Positions 26,401 through 39,139 of a stretch of DNA of 64,000 bases are shown in pieces (position 1 is the stretch's first letter; each line of letters starts with the position of its first letter). Origin of the DNA: Eledone cirrhosa (taxonomy: Eukaryota); assembly GCA_964016885.1 (NCBI GenBank), contig OZ024758.1, positions 34,224,001 through 34,288,000 of the forward strand, in the 5' to 3' direction. The translations under genes and the position numbers were made by a program. The notes below the pieces were generated by a model that worked only from the letters and a program-made list of their open reading frames with translations, was not told the origin of the DNA and did no database searches.

Positions 26401-29299
26401 TAAGTTCATGGTACTAGCTGTCAGAAGTAACTCCACTGTTGGTGAGAATTCATTTAAGTTCATGGTATTAGCTGTCAGAAGTAACTCCACTGTTGGTGAG
26501 AATTCATTTAAGTCATGGTATTAGCTGTCAGAAGTAACTCCATTGTTGGTGAGAATTCATTTAAGTCATGGTACTAGCTGTCAGAAGTAACTCCAATGTT
26601 GATGAGAATTCATTTAAGTTCATGGTATTAGCTGTCAGAAGTAACTCCACTGTTGGTGAGAATTCATTTAAGTTCATGGTATTAGCTGTCAGAAGTAACT
26701 CCACTGTTGGTGAGAATTCATTTAAGTTCATGGTACTAGCTGTCAGAAGTAACTCCACTGTTGGTGAGAATTCATTTAAGTTCATGGTATTAGTTTGTCA
26801 GAAGTAACTCCACTGTTGGTGAGAATTCATTTAAGTCATGGTATTAGTTTTCAGAAGTAACTCCAATGTTGCTGAGAATTCATTTAAGTTCATGGTATTA
26901 GCTGTCAGAAGTAACTCCACTGTTGGTGAGAATTCATTTAAGTTCATGGTATTAGCTGTCAGAAGTAACTCCACTGCTGGTGAGAATTCATTTAAGTCAT
27001 GGTATTAGCTGTCAGAAGTAACTCCATTGTTGGTGAGAATTCATTTAAGTCATGGTATTAGTTGTCAGAAGTAACTCCAATGTTGGTGAGAATTCATTTA
27101 AGTCATGGTACTAGCTGTCAGAAGTAACTCCAATGTTGGTGAGCATTCATTTAAGTTCATGGTATTAGCTGTCAGAAGTAACTCCACTGTTGGTGAGAAT
27201 TCATTTAAGTTCATGGTATTAGCTGTCAGAAGTAACTCCACTGTTGGTGAGAATTCATTTAAGTTCATGGTACTAGCTGTCAGAAGTAACTCCACTGTTG
27301 GTGAGAATTCATGGTATTAGCTGTCAGAAGTAACTCCAATGTTGGTGAGAATTCATTTAAGTTCATGGTATTAGCTGTCAGAAGTAACTCCACTGTTGGT
27401 GAGAATTCATTTAAGTTCATGGTATTAGCTGTCAGAAGTAACTCCACTGTTGGTGAGAATTCATTTAAGTTCATGGTACTAGCTGTCAGAAGTAACTACA
27501 CTGTTGGTGAGAATTCATTTAAGTTCATGGTATTAGTTTGTCAGAAGTAACTCCACTGTTGGTGAGAATTCATTTAAGTCATGGTATTAGTTGTCAGAAG
27601 TAACTCCAATGTTGGTGAGAATTCATTTAAGTCATGGTACTAGCTGTCAGAAGTAACTCCAATGCTGGTGAGAATTCATTTAAATTCATGGTATTAGCTG
27701 TCAGAAGTAACTCCACTGTTGGTGAGAATTCATTTAAGTTCATGGTATTAGCTGTCAGAAGTAACTCCACTGTTGGTGAGAATTCATTTAAGTTCATGGT
27801 ATTAGCTGTCAGAAGTAACTCCACTGTTGGTGAGAATTCATTTAAGTTCATGGTATTAGCTGTCAGAAGGAACTCCAATGTTGGTGAGAATTCATTTAAG
27901 TCATGGTACTAGCTGTCAGAAGTAACTCCACTGTTGGTGAGAATTCATTTAAGTTCATGGTTTTAGCTGTCAGAAGGAACGCCACTGTTGATGAGAATTC
28001 ATTTAAGTTCATGGTATTAGCTGTCAGAAGTAACTCCACTGTTGGTGAGAATTCATTTAAGTTCATGGTACTAGCTGTCAGAAGTAACTCCACTGTTGGT
28101 GAGAATTCATTTAAGTTCATGGTATTAGCTGTCAGAAGTAACTCCACTGTTGGTGAGAATTCATTTAAGTTCATGGTACTAGCTGTCAGAAGTAACTCCA
28201 CTGTTGGTGAGAATTCATTTAAGTTCATGGTACTAGCTGTCAGAAGTAACTCCACTGTTGGTGAGAATTCATTTAAGTTCATGGTACTAGCTGTCAGAAG
28301 TAACTCCAATGTTGGTGAGAATTCATTTAAGTTCATGGTATTAGCTGTCAGAAGTAACTCCACTGTTGGTGAGAATTTATTTAAGTTCATGGTACTAGCT
28401 GTCAGAAGTAACTCCACTGTTGGTGAGAATTCATTTAAGTTCATGGTATTAGCTGTCAGAAGTCACTCCAATGTTGGTGAGAATTCATTTAAGTTCGTGG
28501 TATTAGCTGTCAGAAGTAACTCCACTGTTGGTGAGAATTCATTTAAGTTCATGGTATTAGCTGTCAGAAGTAACTCCACTGTTGGTGAGAATTCATTTAA
28601 GTTCATGGTATTAGCTGTCAGAAGTAACTCCACTGTTGGTGAGAATTCATTTAAGTTCATGGTATTAGCTGTCAGAAGGAACTCCAATGTTGGTGAGAAT
28701 TCATTTAAGTCATGGTACTAGCTGTCAGAAGTAACTCCACTGTTGGTGAGAATTCATTTAAGTTCATGTTATTAGCTGTCAGAAGGAACGCCACTGTTGG
28801 TGAGAATTCATTTAAGTTCATGGTATTAGCTGTCAGAAGTAACTCCACTGTTGGTGAGAATTCATTTAAGTCTTGGTATTAGTTGTCAGAAGTAACTCCA
28901 ATGTTGGTGAGAATTCATTTAAGTTCATGGTACTAGCTGTCAGAAGTAACTCCACTGTTGGTGAGAATTCATTTAAGTTCATGGTATTAGCTGTCAGAAG
29001 TAACTCCACTGTTGGTGAGAATTCATTTAAGTCATGGAATTAGTTGTCAGAAGTAACTCCATTGTTGGTGAGAATTCATTTAAGTTCATGGTATTAGCTG
29101 TCAGAAGTAACTCCACTGTTGGTGAGAATTCATTTAAGTTCATGGTATTAGCTGTCAGAAGTAACTCCACTGTTGGTGAGAATTCATTTAAGTTCATGGT
29201 ACTAGCTGTCAGAAGTAACTCCAATGTTGGTGAGAATTCATTTAAGTCATGGTACTAGCTGTCAGAAGTAACTCCACTGTTGGTGAGAATTCATTTAAG

Positions 29300-32200
29300 T
29301 TCATGGTACTAGCTGTCAGAAGTAACTCCAATGTTGGTGAGAATTCATTTAAGTTCATGGTATTAGCTGTCAGAAGGAACTCCACTGTTGGTGAGAATTC
29401 ATTTAAGTTCATGGTACTAGTTGTCAGAAGTAACTCCACTGTTGGTAAGAATTCATTTTAGTTCATGGTATTAGTTGTCAGAAGTAACTCCACTGTTGGT
29501 GAGAATTCATTTAAGTCTTGGTATTAGTTGTCAGAAGTAACTCCAATGTTGGTGAGAATTCATTTAAGTTCATGGTACTAGCTGTCAGAAGTAACTCCAC
29601 TGTTGGTGAGAATTCATTTAAGTTCATGGTATTAGCTGTCAGAAGTAACTCCACTGTTGGTGAGAATTCATTTAAGTCATGGTATTAGCTGTCAGAAGTA
29701 ACTCCATTGTTGGTGAGAATTCATTTAAGTCATGGTACTAGCTGTCAGAAGTAACTCCAATGTTGATGAGAATTCATTTAAGTTCATGGTATTAGCTGTC
29801 AGAAGTAACTCCACTGTTGGTGAGAATTCATTTAAGTTCATGGTATTAGCTGTCAGAAGTAACTCCACTGTTGGTGAGAATTCATTTAAGTTCATGGTAC
29901 TAGCTGTCAGAAGTAACTCCACTGTTGGTGAGAATTCATTTAAGTTCATGGTATTAGTTTGTCAGAAGTAACTCCACTGTTGGTGAGAATTCATTTAAGT
30001 CATGGTATTAGTTGTCAGAAGTAACTCCAATGTTGCTGAGAATTCATTTAAGTTCATGGTATTAGCTGTCAGAAGTAACTCCACTGTTGGTGAGAATTCA
30101 TTTAAGTTCATGGTATTAGCTGTCAGAAGTAACTCCACTGTTGGTGAGAATTCATTTAAGTCATGGTATTAGCTGTCAGAAGTAACTCCATTGTTGGTGA
30201 GAATTCATTTAAGTCATGGTACTAGCTGTCAGAAGTAACTCCAATGTTGGTGAGAATTCATTTACGTTCATGGTATTAGCTCTCAGAAGTAACTCCACTG
30301 TTGGTGAGAATTCATTTAAGTTCATGGTATTAGCTGTCAGAAGTAACTCCACTGTTGGTGAGAATTCATTTAAGTTCATGGTATTAGCTGTCAGAAGTAA
30401 CTCCACTGTTGGTGAGAATTCATTTAAGTTCATGGTATTAGCTGTCAGAAGGAACTCCAATGTTGGTGAGAATTCATTTAAGTCATGGTACTAGCTGTCA
30501 GAAGTAACTCCACTGTTGGTGAGAATTCATTTAAGTTCATGTTATTATCTGTCAGAAGGAACGCCACTGTTGGTGAGAATTCATTTAAGTTCATGGTATT
30601 AGCTGTCAGAAGTAACTCCACTGTTGGTGAGAATTCATTTAAGTCTTGGTATTAGTTGTCAGAAGTAACTCCAATGTTGGTGAGAATTCATTTAAGTTCA
30701 TGGTACTAGCTGTCAGAAGTAACTCCACTGTTGGTGAGAATTCATTTAAGTTCATGGTATTAGCTGTCAGAAGTAACTCCACTGTTGGTGAGAATTCATT
30801 TAAGTCATGGAATTAGCTGTCAGAAGTAACTCCATTGTTGGTGAGAATTCATTTAAGTCATGGTACTAGCTGTCAGAAGTAACTCCAATGTTGATGAGAA
30901 TTCATTTAAGTTCATGGTATTAGCTGTCAGAAGTAACTCCACTGTTGGTGAGAATTCATTTAAGTTCATGGTATTAGCTGTCAGAAGTAACTCCACTGTT
31001 GGTGAGAATTCATTTAAGTTCATGGTACTAGCTGTCAGAAGTAACTCCACTGTTGGTGAGAATTCATTTAAGTTCATGGTATTAGTTTGTCAGAAGTAAC
31101 TCCACTGTTGGTGAGAATTCATTTAAGTCATGGTATTAGTTGTCAGAAGTAACTCCAATGTTGCTGAGAATTCATTTAAGTTCATGGTATTAGCTGTCAG
31201 AAGTAACTCCACTGTTGGTGAGAATTCATTTAAGTTCATGGTACTAGCTGTCAGAAGTAACTCCAATGTTGGTGAGAATTCATTTAAGTTCATGGTATTA
31301 GCTGTCAGAAATAACTCCACTGTTGGTGAGAATTCATTTAAGTTCATGGTACTAGCTGTCAGAAGTAACTCCACTGTTGGTGAGAATTCATTTAAGTTCA
31401 TGGTATTAGTTTGTCAGAAGTAACTCCACTGTTGGTGAGAATTCATTTAAGTCATGGTATTAGTTGTCAGAAGTAACTCCACTGTTGGTGAGAATTCATT
31501 TAAGTTCATGGTATTAGCTGTCAGAAGTAACTCCACTGTTGGTGAGAATTCATTTAAGTTCCTGGTACTAGCTGTCAGAAGTAACTCCACTGTTGGTGAG
31601 AATTCATTTAAGTTCATGGTACTAGCTGTCAGAAGTAACTCCACTGTTGGTGAGAATTCATTTAAGTTCATGGTACTAGCTGTCAGAAGTAACTCCACTG
31701 TTGGTGAGAATTCATTTAAGTTCATGGTATTAGTTTGTCAGAAGTAACTCCACTGTTGGTGAGAATTCATTTAAGTCATGGTATTAGTTGTCAGAAGTAA
31801 CTCCACTGTTGGTGAGAATTCATTTAAGTTCATGGTATTAGCTGTCAGAAGGAACTCCAATGTTGGTGAGAATTCATTTAAGTCATGGTACTAGCTGTCA
31901 GAAGTAACTCCACTGTTGGTGAGAATTCATTTAAGTTCATGGTATTAGCTGTCAGAAGGAACGCCACTGTTGGTGAGAATTCATTTAAGTTCATGGTATT
32001 AGCTGTCAGAAGTAACTCCACTGTTGGTGAGAATTCATTTAAGTTCATGGTACTATCTGTCAGAAGTAACTCCAATGTTGGTGAGAATTCATTTAAGTTC
32101 ATGGTATTAGCTGTCAGAAGTAACTCCACTGTTGGTGAGAATTCATTTAAGTTCATGGTACTAGCTGTCAGAAGTAACTCCACTGTTGGTGAGAATTCAT

Positions 32201-35200
32201 TTAAGTTCATGGTACTAGCTGTCAGAAGTAACTCCACTGTTGGTGAGAATTCATTTAAGTTCATGGTACTAGCTGTCAGAAGTAACTCCAATGTTGGTGA
32301 GAATTCATTTAAGTTCATGGTATTAGCTGTCAGAAGTAACTCCACTGTTGGTGAGAATTCATTTAAGTTCATGGTACTAGCTGTCAGAAGTAACTCCACT
32401 GTTGGTGAGAATTCATTTAAGTTCATGGTACTAGCTGTCAGAAGTCACTCCAATGTTGGTGAGAATTCATTTAAGTTCATGGTATTAGCTGTCAGAAGTA
32501 ACCCCAATGTTGGTGAGAATTCATTTAAGTTCATGGTATTAGCTGTCAGAAGTCACTCCAATGTTGGTGAGAATTCATTTAAGTTCGTGGTATTAGCTGT
32601 CAGAAGTAACTCCAATGTTGGTGAGAATTCATTTAAGTTCATGGTATTAGCTGTCAGAAGGAACTCCACTGTTGGTGAGAATTCATTTAAGTTCATGGTA
32701 CTAGTTGTCAGAAGTAACTCCACTGTTGGTAAGAATTCATTTTAGTTCATGGTATTAGTTGTCAGAAGTAACTCCACTGTTGGTGAGAATTCATTTAAGT
32801 CTTGGTATTAGTTGTCAGAAGTAACTCCAATGTTGGTGAGAATTCATTTAAGTTCATGGTACTAGCTGTCAGAAGTAACTCCACTGTTGGTGAGAATTCA
32901 TTTAAGTTCATGGTATTAGCTGTCAGAAGTAACTCCACTGTTGGTGAGAATTCATTTAAGTCATGGTATTAGCTGTCAGAAGTAACTCCACTGTTGGTGA
33001 GAATTCATTTAAGTTCATGGTACTAGCTGTCAGAAGTAACTCCACTGTTGGTGAGAATTCATTTAAGTTCATGGTATTAGTTTGTCAGAAGTAACTCCAC
33101 TGTTGGTGAGAATTCATTTAAGTCATGGTATTAGTTGTCAGAAGTAACTCCAATGTTGCTGAGAATTCATTTAAGTTCATGGTATTAGCTGTCAGAAGTA
33201 ACTCCACTGTTGGTGAGAATTCATTTAAGTTCATGGTATTAGCTGTCAGAAGTAACTCCACTGTTGGTGAGAATTCATTTAAGTCATGGTATTAGCTGTC
33301 AGAAGTAACTCCATTGTTGGTGAGAATTCATTTAAGTCATGGTACTAGCTGTCAGAAGTAACTCCAATGTTGGTGAGAATTCATTTACGTTCATGGTATT
33401 AGCTCTCAGAAGTAACTCCACTGTTGGTGAGAATTCATTTAAGTTCATGGTATTAGCTGTCAGAAGTAACTCCACTGTTGGTGAGAATTCATTTAAGTTC
33501 ATGGTATTAGCTGTCAGAAGTAACTCCACTGTTGGTGAGAATTCATTTAAGTTCATGGTATTAGCTGTCAGAAGGAACTCCAATGTTGGTGAGAATTCAT
33601 TTAAGTCATGGTACTAGCTGTCAGAAGTAACTCCACTGTTGGTGAGAATTCATTTAAGTTCATGTTATTATCTGTCAGAAGGAACGCCACTGTTGGTGAG
33701 AATTCATTTAAGTTCATGGTATTAGCTGTCAGAAGTAACTCCACTGTTGGTGAGAATTCATTTAAGTCTTGGTATTAGTTGTCAGAAGTAACTCCAATGT
33801 TGGTGAGAATTCATTTAAGTTCATGGTACTAGCTGTCAGAAGTAACTCCACTGTTGGTGAGAATTCATTTAAGTTCATGGTATTAGCTGTCAGAAGTAAC
33901 TCCACTGTTGGTGAGAATTCATTTAAGTCATGGAATTAGCTGTCAGAAGTAACTCCATTGTTGGTGAGAATTCATTTAAGTCATGGTACTAGCTGTCAGA
34001 AGTAACTCCAATGTTGATGAGAATTCATTTAAGTTCATGGTATTAGCTGTCAGAAGTAACTCCACTGTTGGTGAGAATTCATTTAAGTTCATGGTATTAG
34101 CTGTCAGAAGTAACTCCACTGTTGGTGAGAATTCATTTAAGTTCATGGTACTAGCTGTCAGAAGTAACTCCACTGTTGGTGAGAATTCATTTAAGTTCAT
34201 GGTATTAGTTTGTCAGAAGTAACTCCACTGTTGGTGAGAATTCATTTAAGTCATGGTATTAGTTGTCAGAAGTAACTCCAATGTTGCTGAGAATTCATTT
34301 AAGTTCATGGTATTAGCTGTTAGAAGTAACTCCACTGTTGGTGAGAATTCATTTAAGTTCATGGTACTAGCTGTCAGAAGTAACTCCAATGTTGGTGAGA
34401 ATTCATTTAAGTTCATGGTATTAGCTGTCAGAAATAACTCCACTGTTGGTGAGAATTCATTTAAGTTCATGGTACTAGCTGTCAGAAGTAACTCCACTGT
34501 TGGTGAGAATTCATTTAAGTTCATGGTATTAGTTTGTCAGAAGTAACTCCACTGTTGGTGAGAATTCATTTAAGTCATGGTATTAGTTGTCAGAAGTAAC
34601 TCCACTGTTGGTGAGAATTCATTTAAGTTCATGGTATTAGCTGTCAGAAGTAACTCCACTGTTGGTGAAAATTCATTTAAGTTCCTGGTACTAGCTGTCA
34701 GAAGTAACTCCACTGTTGGTGAGAATTCATTTAAGTTCATGGTACTAGCTGTCAGAAGTAACTCCACTGTTGGTGAGAATTCATTTAAGTTCATGGTACT
34801 AGCTGTCAGAAGTAACTCCACTGTTGGTGAGAATTCATTTAAGTTCATGGTATTAGTTTGTCAGAAGTAACTCCACTGTTGGTGAGAATTCATTTAAGTC
34901 ATGGTATTAGTTGTCAGAAGTAACTCCACTGTTGGTGAGAATTCATTTAAGTTCATGGTATTAGCTGTCAGAAGGAACTCCAATGTTGGTGAGAATTCAT
35001 TTAAGTCATGGTACTAGCTGTCAGAAGTAACTCCACTGTTGGTGAGAATTCATTTAAGTTCATGGTATTAGCTGTCAGAAGGAACGCCACTGTTGGTGAG
35101 AATTCATTTAAGTTCATGGTATTAGCTGTCAGAAGTAACTCCACTGTTGGTGAGAATTCATTTAAGTTCATGGTACTATCTGTCAGAAGTAACTCCAATG

Positions 35201-38200
35201 TTGGTGAGAATTCATTTAAGTTCATGGTATTAGCTGTCAGAAGTAACTCCACTGTTGGTGAGAATTCATTTAAGTTCATGGTACTAGCTGTCAGAAGTAA
35301 CTCCACTGTTGGTGAGAATTCATTTAAGTTCATGGTACTAGCTGTCAGAAGTAACTCCACTGTTGGTGAGAATTCATTTAAGTTCATGGTACTAGCTGTC
35401 AGAAGTAACTCCAATGTTGGTGAGAATTCATTTAAGTTCATGGTATTAGCTGTCAGAAGTAACTCCACTGTTGGTGAGAATTCATTTAAGTTCATGGTAC
35501 TAGCTGTCAGAAGTAACTCCACTGTTGGTGAGAATTCATTTAAGTTCATGGTACTAGCTGTCAGAAGTCACTCCAATGTTGGTGAGAATTCATTTAAGTT
35601 CATGGTATTAGCTGTCAGAAGTCACTCCACTGTTGGTGAGAATTCATTTAAGTTCATGGTACTAGCTGTCAGAAGTAACCCCAATGTTGGTGAGAATTCA
35701 TTTAAGTTCATGGTATTAGCTGTCAGAAGTCACTCCAATGTTGGTGAGAATTCATTTAAGTTCGTGGTATTAGCTGTCAGAAGTAACTCCAATGTTGGTG
35801 AGAATTCATTTAAGTTCATGGTATTAGCTGTCAGAAGGAACTCCACTGTTGGTGAGAATTCATTTAAGTTCATGGTACTAGTTGTCAGAAGTAACTCCAC
35901 TGTTGGTAAGAATTCATTTTAGTTCATGGTATTAGTTGTCAGAAGTAACTCCACTGTTGGTGAGAATTCATTTAAGTCTTGGTATTAGTTGTCAGAAGTA
36001 ACTCCAATGTTGGTGAGAATTCATTTAAGTTCATGGTACTAGCTGTCAGAAGTAACTCCACTGTTGGTGAGAATTCATTTAAGTTCATGGTATTAGCTGT
36101 CAGAAGTAACTCCACTGTTGGTGAGAATTCATTTAAGTCATGGTATTAGCTGTCAGAAGTAACTCCATTGTTGGTGAGAATTCATTTAAGTCATGGTACT
36201 AGCTGTCAGAAGTAACTCCAATGTTGATGAGAATTCATTTAAGTTCATGGTATTAGCTGTCAGAAGTAACTCCACTGTTGGTGAGAATTCATTTAAGTTC
36301 ATGGTATTAGCTGTCAGAAGTAACTCCACTGTTGGTGAGAATTCATTTAAGTTCATGGTACTAGCTGTCAGAAGTAACTCCACTGTTGGTGAGAATTCAT
36401 TTAAGTTCATGGTATTAGTTTGTCAGAAGTAACTCCACTGTTGGTGAGAATTCATTTAAGTCATGGTATTAGTTGTCAGAAGTAACTCCAATGTTGCTGA
36501 GAATTCATTTAAGTTCATGGTATTAGCTGTCAGAAGTAACTCCACTGTTGGTGAGAATTCATTTAAGTTCATGGTATTAGCTGTCAGAAGTAACTCCACT
36601 GTTGGTGAGAATTCATTTAAGTCATGGTATTAGCTGTCAGAAGTAACTCCATTGTTGGTGAGAATTCATTTAAGTCATGGTACTAGCTGTCAGAAGTAAC
36701 TCCAATGTTGGTGAGAATTCATTTAAGTTCATGGTATTAGCTCTCAGAAGTAACTCCACTGTTGGTGAGAATTCATTTAAGTTCATGGTATTAGCTGTCA
36801 GAAGTAACTCCACTGTTGGTGAGAATTCATTTAAGTTCATGGTATTAGCTGTCAGAAGTAACTCCACTGTTGGTGAGAATTCATTTAAGTTCATGGTATT
36901 AGCTGTCAGAAGGAACTCCAATGTTGGTGAGAATTCATTTAAGTCATGGTACTAGCTGTCAGAAGTAACTCCACTGTTGGTGAGAATTCATTTAAGTTCA
37001 TGTTATTATCTGTCAGAAGGAACGCCACTGTTGGTGAGAATTCATTTAAGTTCATGGTATTAGCTGTCAGAAGTAACTCCACTGTTGGTGAGAATTCATT
37101 TAAGTCTTGGTATTAGTTGTCAGAAGTAACTCCAATGTTGGTGAGAATTCATTTAAGTTCATGGTACTAGCTGTCAGAAGTAACTCCACTGTTGGTGAGA
37201 ATTCATTTAAGTTCATGGTATTAGCTGTCAGAAGTAACTCCACTGTTGGTGAGAATTCATTTAAGTCATGGAATTAGCTGTCAGAAGTAACTCCATTGTT
37301 GGTGAGAATTCATTTAAGTCATGGTACTAGCTGTCAGAAGTAACTCCAATGTTGATGAGAATTCATTTAAGTTCATGGTATTAGCTGTCAGAAGTAACTC
37401 CACTGTTGGTGAGAATTCATTTAAGTTCATGGTATTAGCTGTCAGAAGTAACTCCACTGTTGGTGAGAATTCATTTAAGTTCATGGTACTAGCTGTCAGA
37501 AGTAACTCCACTGTTGGTGAGAATTCATTTAAGTTCATGGTATTAGTTTGTCAGAAGTAACTCCACTGTTGGTGAGAATTCATTTAAGTCATGGTATTAG
37601 TTGTCAGAAGTAACTCCAATGTTGCTGAGAATTCATTTAAGTTCATGGTATTAGCTGTCAGAAGTAACTCCACTGTTGGTGAGAATTCATTTAAGTTCAT
37701 GGTACTAGCTGTCAGAAGTAACTCCAATGTTGGTGAGAATTCATTTAAGTTCATGGTATTAGCTGTCAGAAGTAACTCCACTGTTGGTGAGAATTCATTT
37801 AAGTTCATGGTACTAGCTGTCAGAAGTAACTCCACTGTTGGTGAGAATTCATTTAAGTTCATGGTATTAGTTTGTCAGAAGTAACTCCACTGTTGGTGAG
37901 AATTCATTTAAGTCATGGTATTAGTTGTCAGAAGTAACTCCACTGTTGGTGAGAATTCATTTAAGTTCATGGTATTAGCTGTCAGAAGTAACTCCACTGT
38001 TGGTGAGAATTCATTTAAGTTCCTGGTACTAGCTGTCAGAAGTAACTCCACTGTTGGTGAGAATTCATTTAAGTTCATGGTACTAGCTGTCAGAAGTAAC
38101 TCCACTGTTGGTGAGAATTCATTTAAGTTCATGGTACTAGCTGTCAGAAGTAACTCCACTGTTGGTGAGAATTCATTTAAGTTCATGGTATTAGTTTGTC

Positions 38201-39130
38201 AGAAGTAACTCCACTGTTGGTGAGAATTCATTTAAGTCATGGTATTAGTTGTCAGAAGTAACTCCACTGTTGGTGAGAATTCATTTAAGTTCATGGTATT
38301 AGCTGTCAGAAGGAACTCCAATGTTGGTGAGAATTCATTTAAGTCATGGTACTAGCTGTCAGAAGTAACTCCACTGTTGGTGAGAATTCATTTAAGTTCA
38401 TGGTATTAGCTGTCAGAAGGAACGCCACTGTTGGTGAGAATTCATTTAAGTTCATGGTATTAGCTGTCAGAAGTAACTCCACTGTTGGTGAGAATTCATT
38501 TAAGTTCATGGTACTATCTGTCAGAAGTAACTCCAATGTTGGTGAGAATTCATTTAAGTTCATGGTATTAGCTGTCAGAAGTAACTCCACTGTTGGTGAG
38601 AATTCATTTAAGTTCATGGTACTAGCTGTCAGAAGTAACTCCACTGTTGGTGAGAATTCATTTAAGTTCATGGTACTAGCTGTCAGAAGTAACTCCACTG
38701 TTGGTGAGAATTCATTTAAGTTCATGGTACTAGCTGTCAGAAGTAACTCCAATGTTGGTGAGAATTCATTTAAGTTCATGGTATTAGCTGTCAGAAGTAA
38801 CTCCACTGTTGGTGAGAATTCATTTAAGTTCATGGTACTAGCTGTCAGAAGTAACTCCACTGTTGGTGAGAATTCATTTAAGTTCATGGTACTAGCTGTC
38901 AGAAGTCACTCCAATGTTGGTGAGAATTCATTTAAGTTCATGGTATTAGCTGTCAGAAGTCACTCCACTGTTGGTGAGAATTCATTTAAGTTCATGGTAC
39001 TAGCTGTCAGAAGTAACCCCAATGTTGGTGAGAATTCATTTAAGTTCATGGTATTAGCTGTCAGAAGTCACTCCAATGTTGGTGAGAATTCATTTAAGTT
39101 CGTGGTATTAGCTGTCAGAAGTAACTCCAC
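29300..39130. repeat. Three tandem copies of a 58-62-monomer unit (periods 3123 and 3338 bp)
   Basis: ORF triplets 30216/33339/36677, 30860/33983/37321, 31130/34253/37591, 31454/34577/37915 and 31885/35008/38346. Private variants GTTATTATCTGTC and GTACTATCTGTC occur once per copy. Confidence 0.9.
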
Positions 39131-39139
39131 TGTTGGTGA

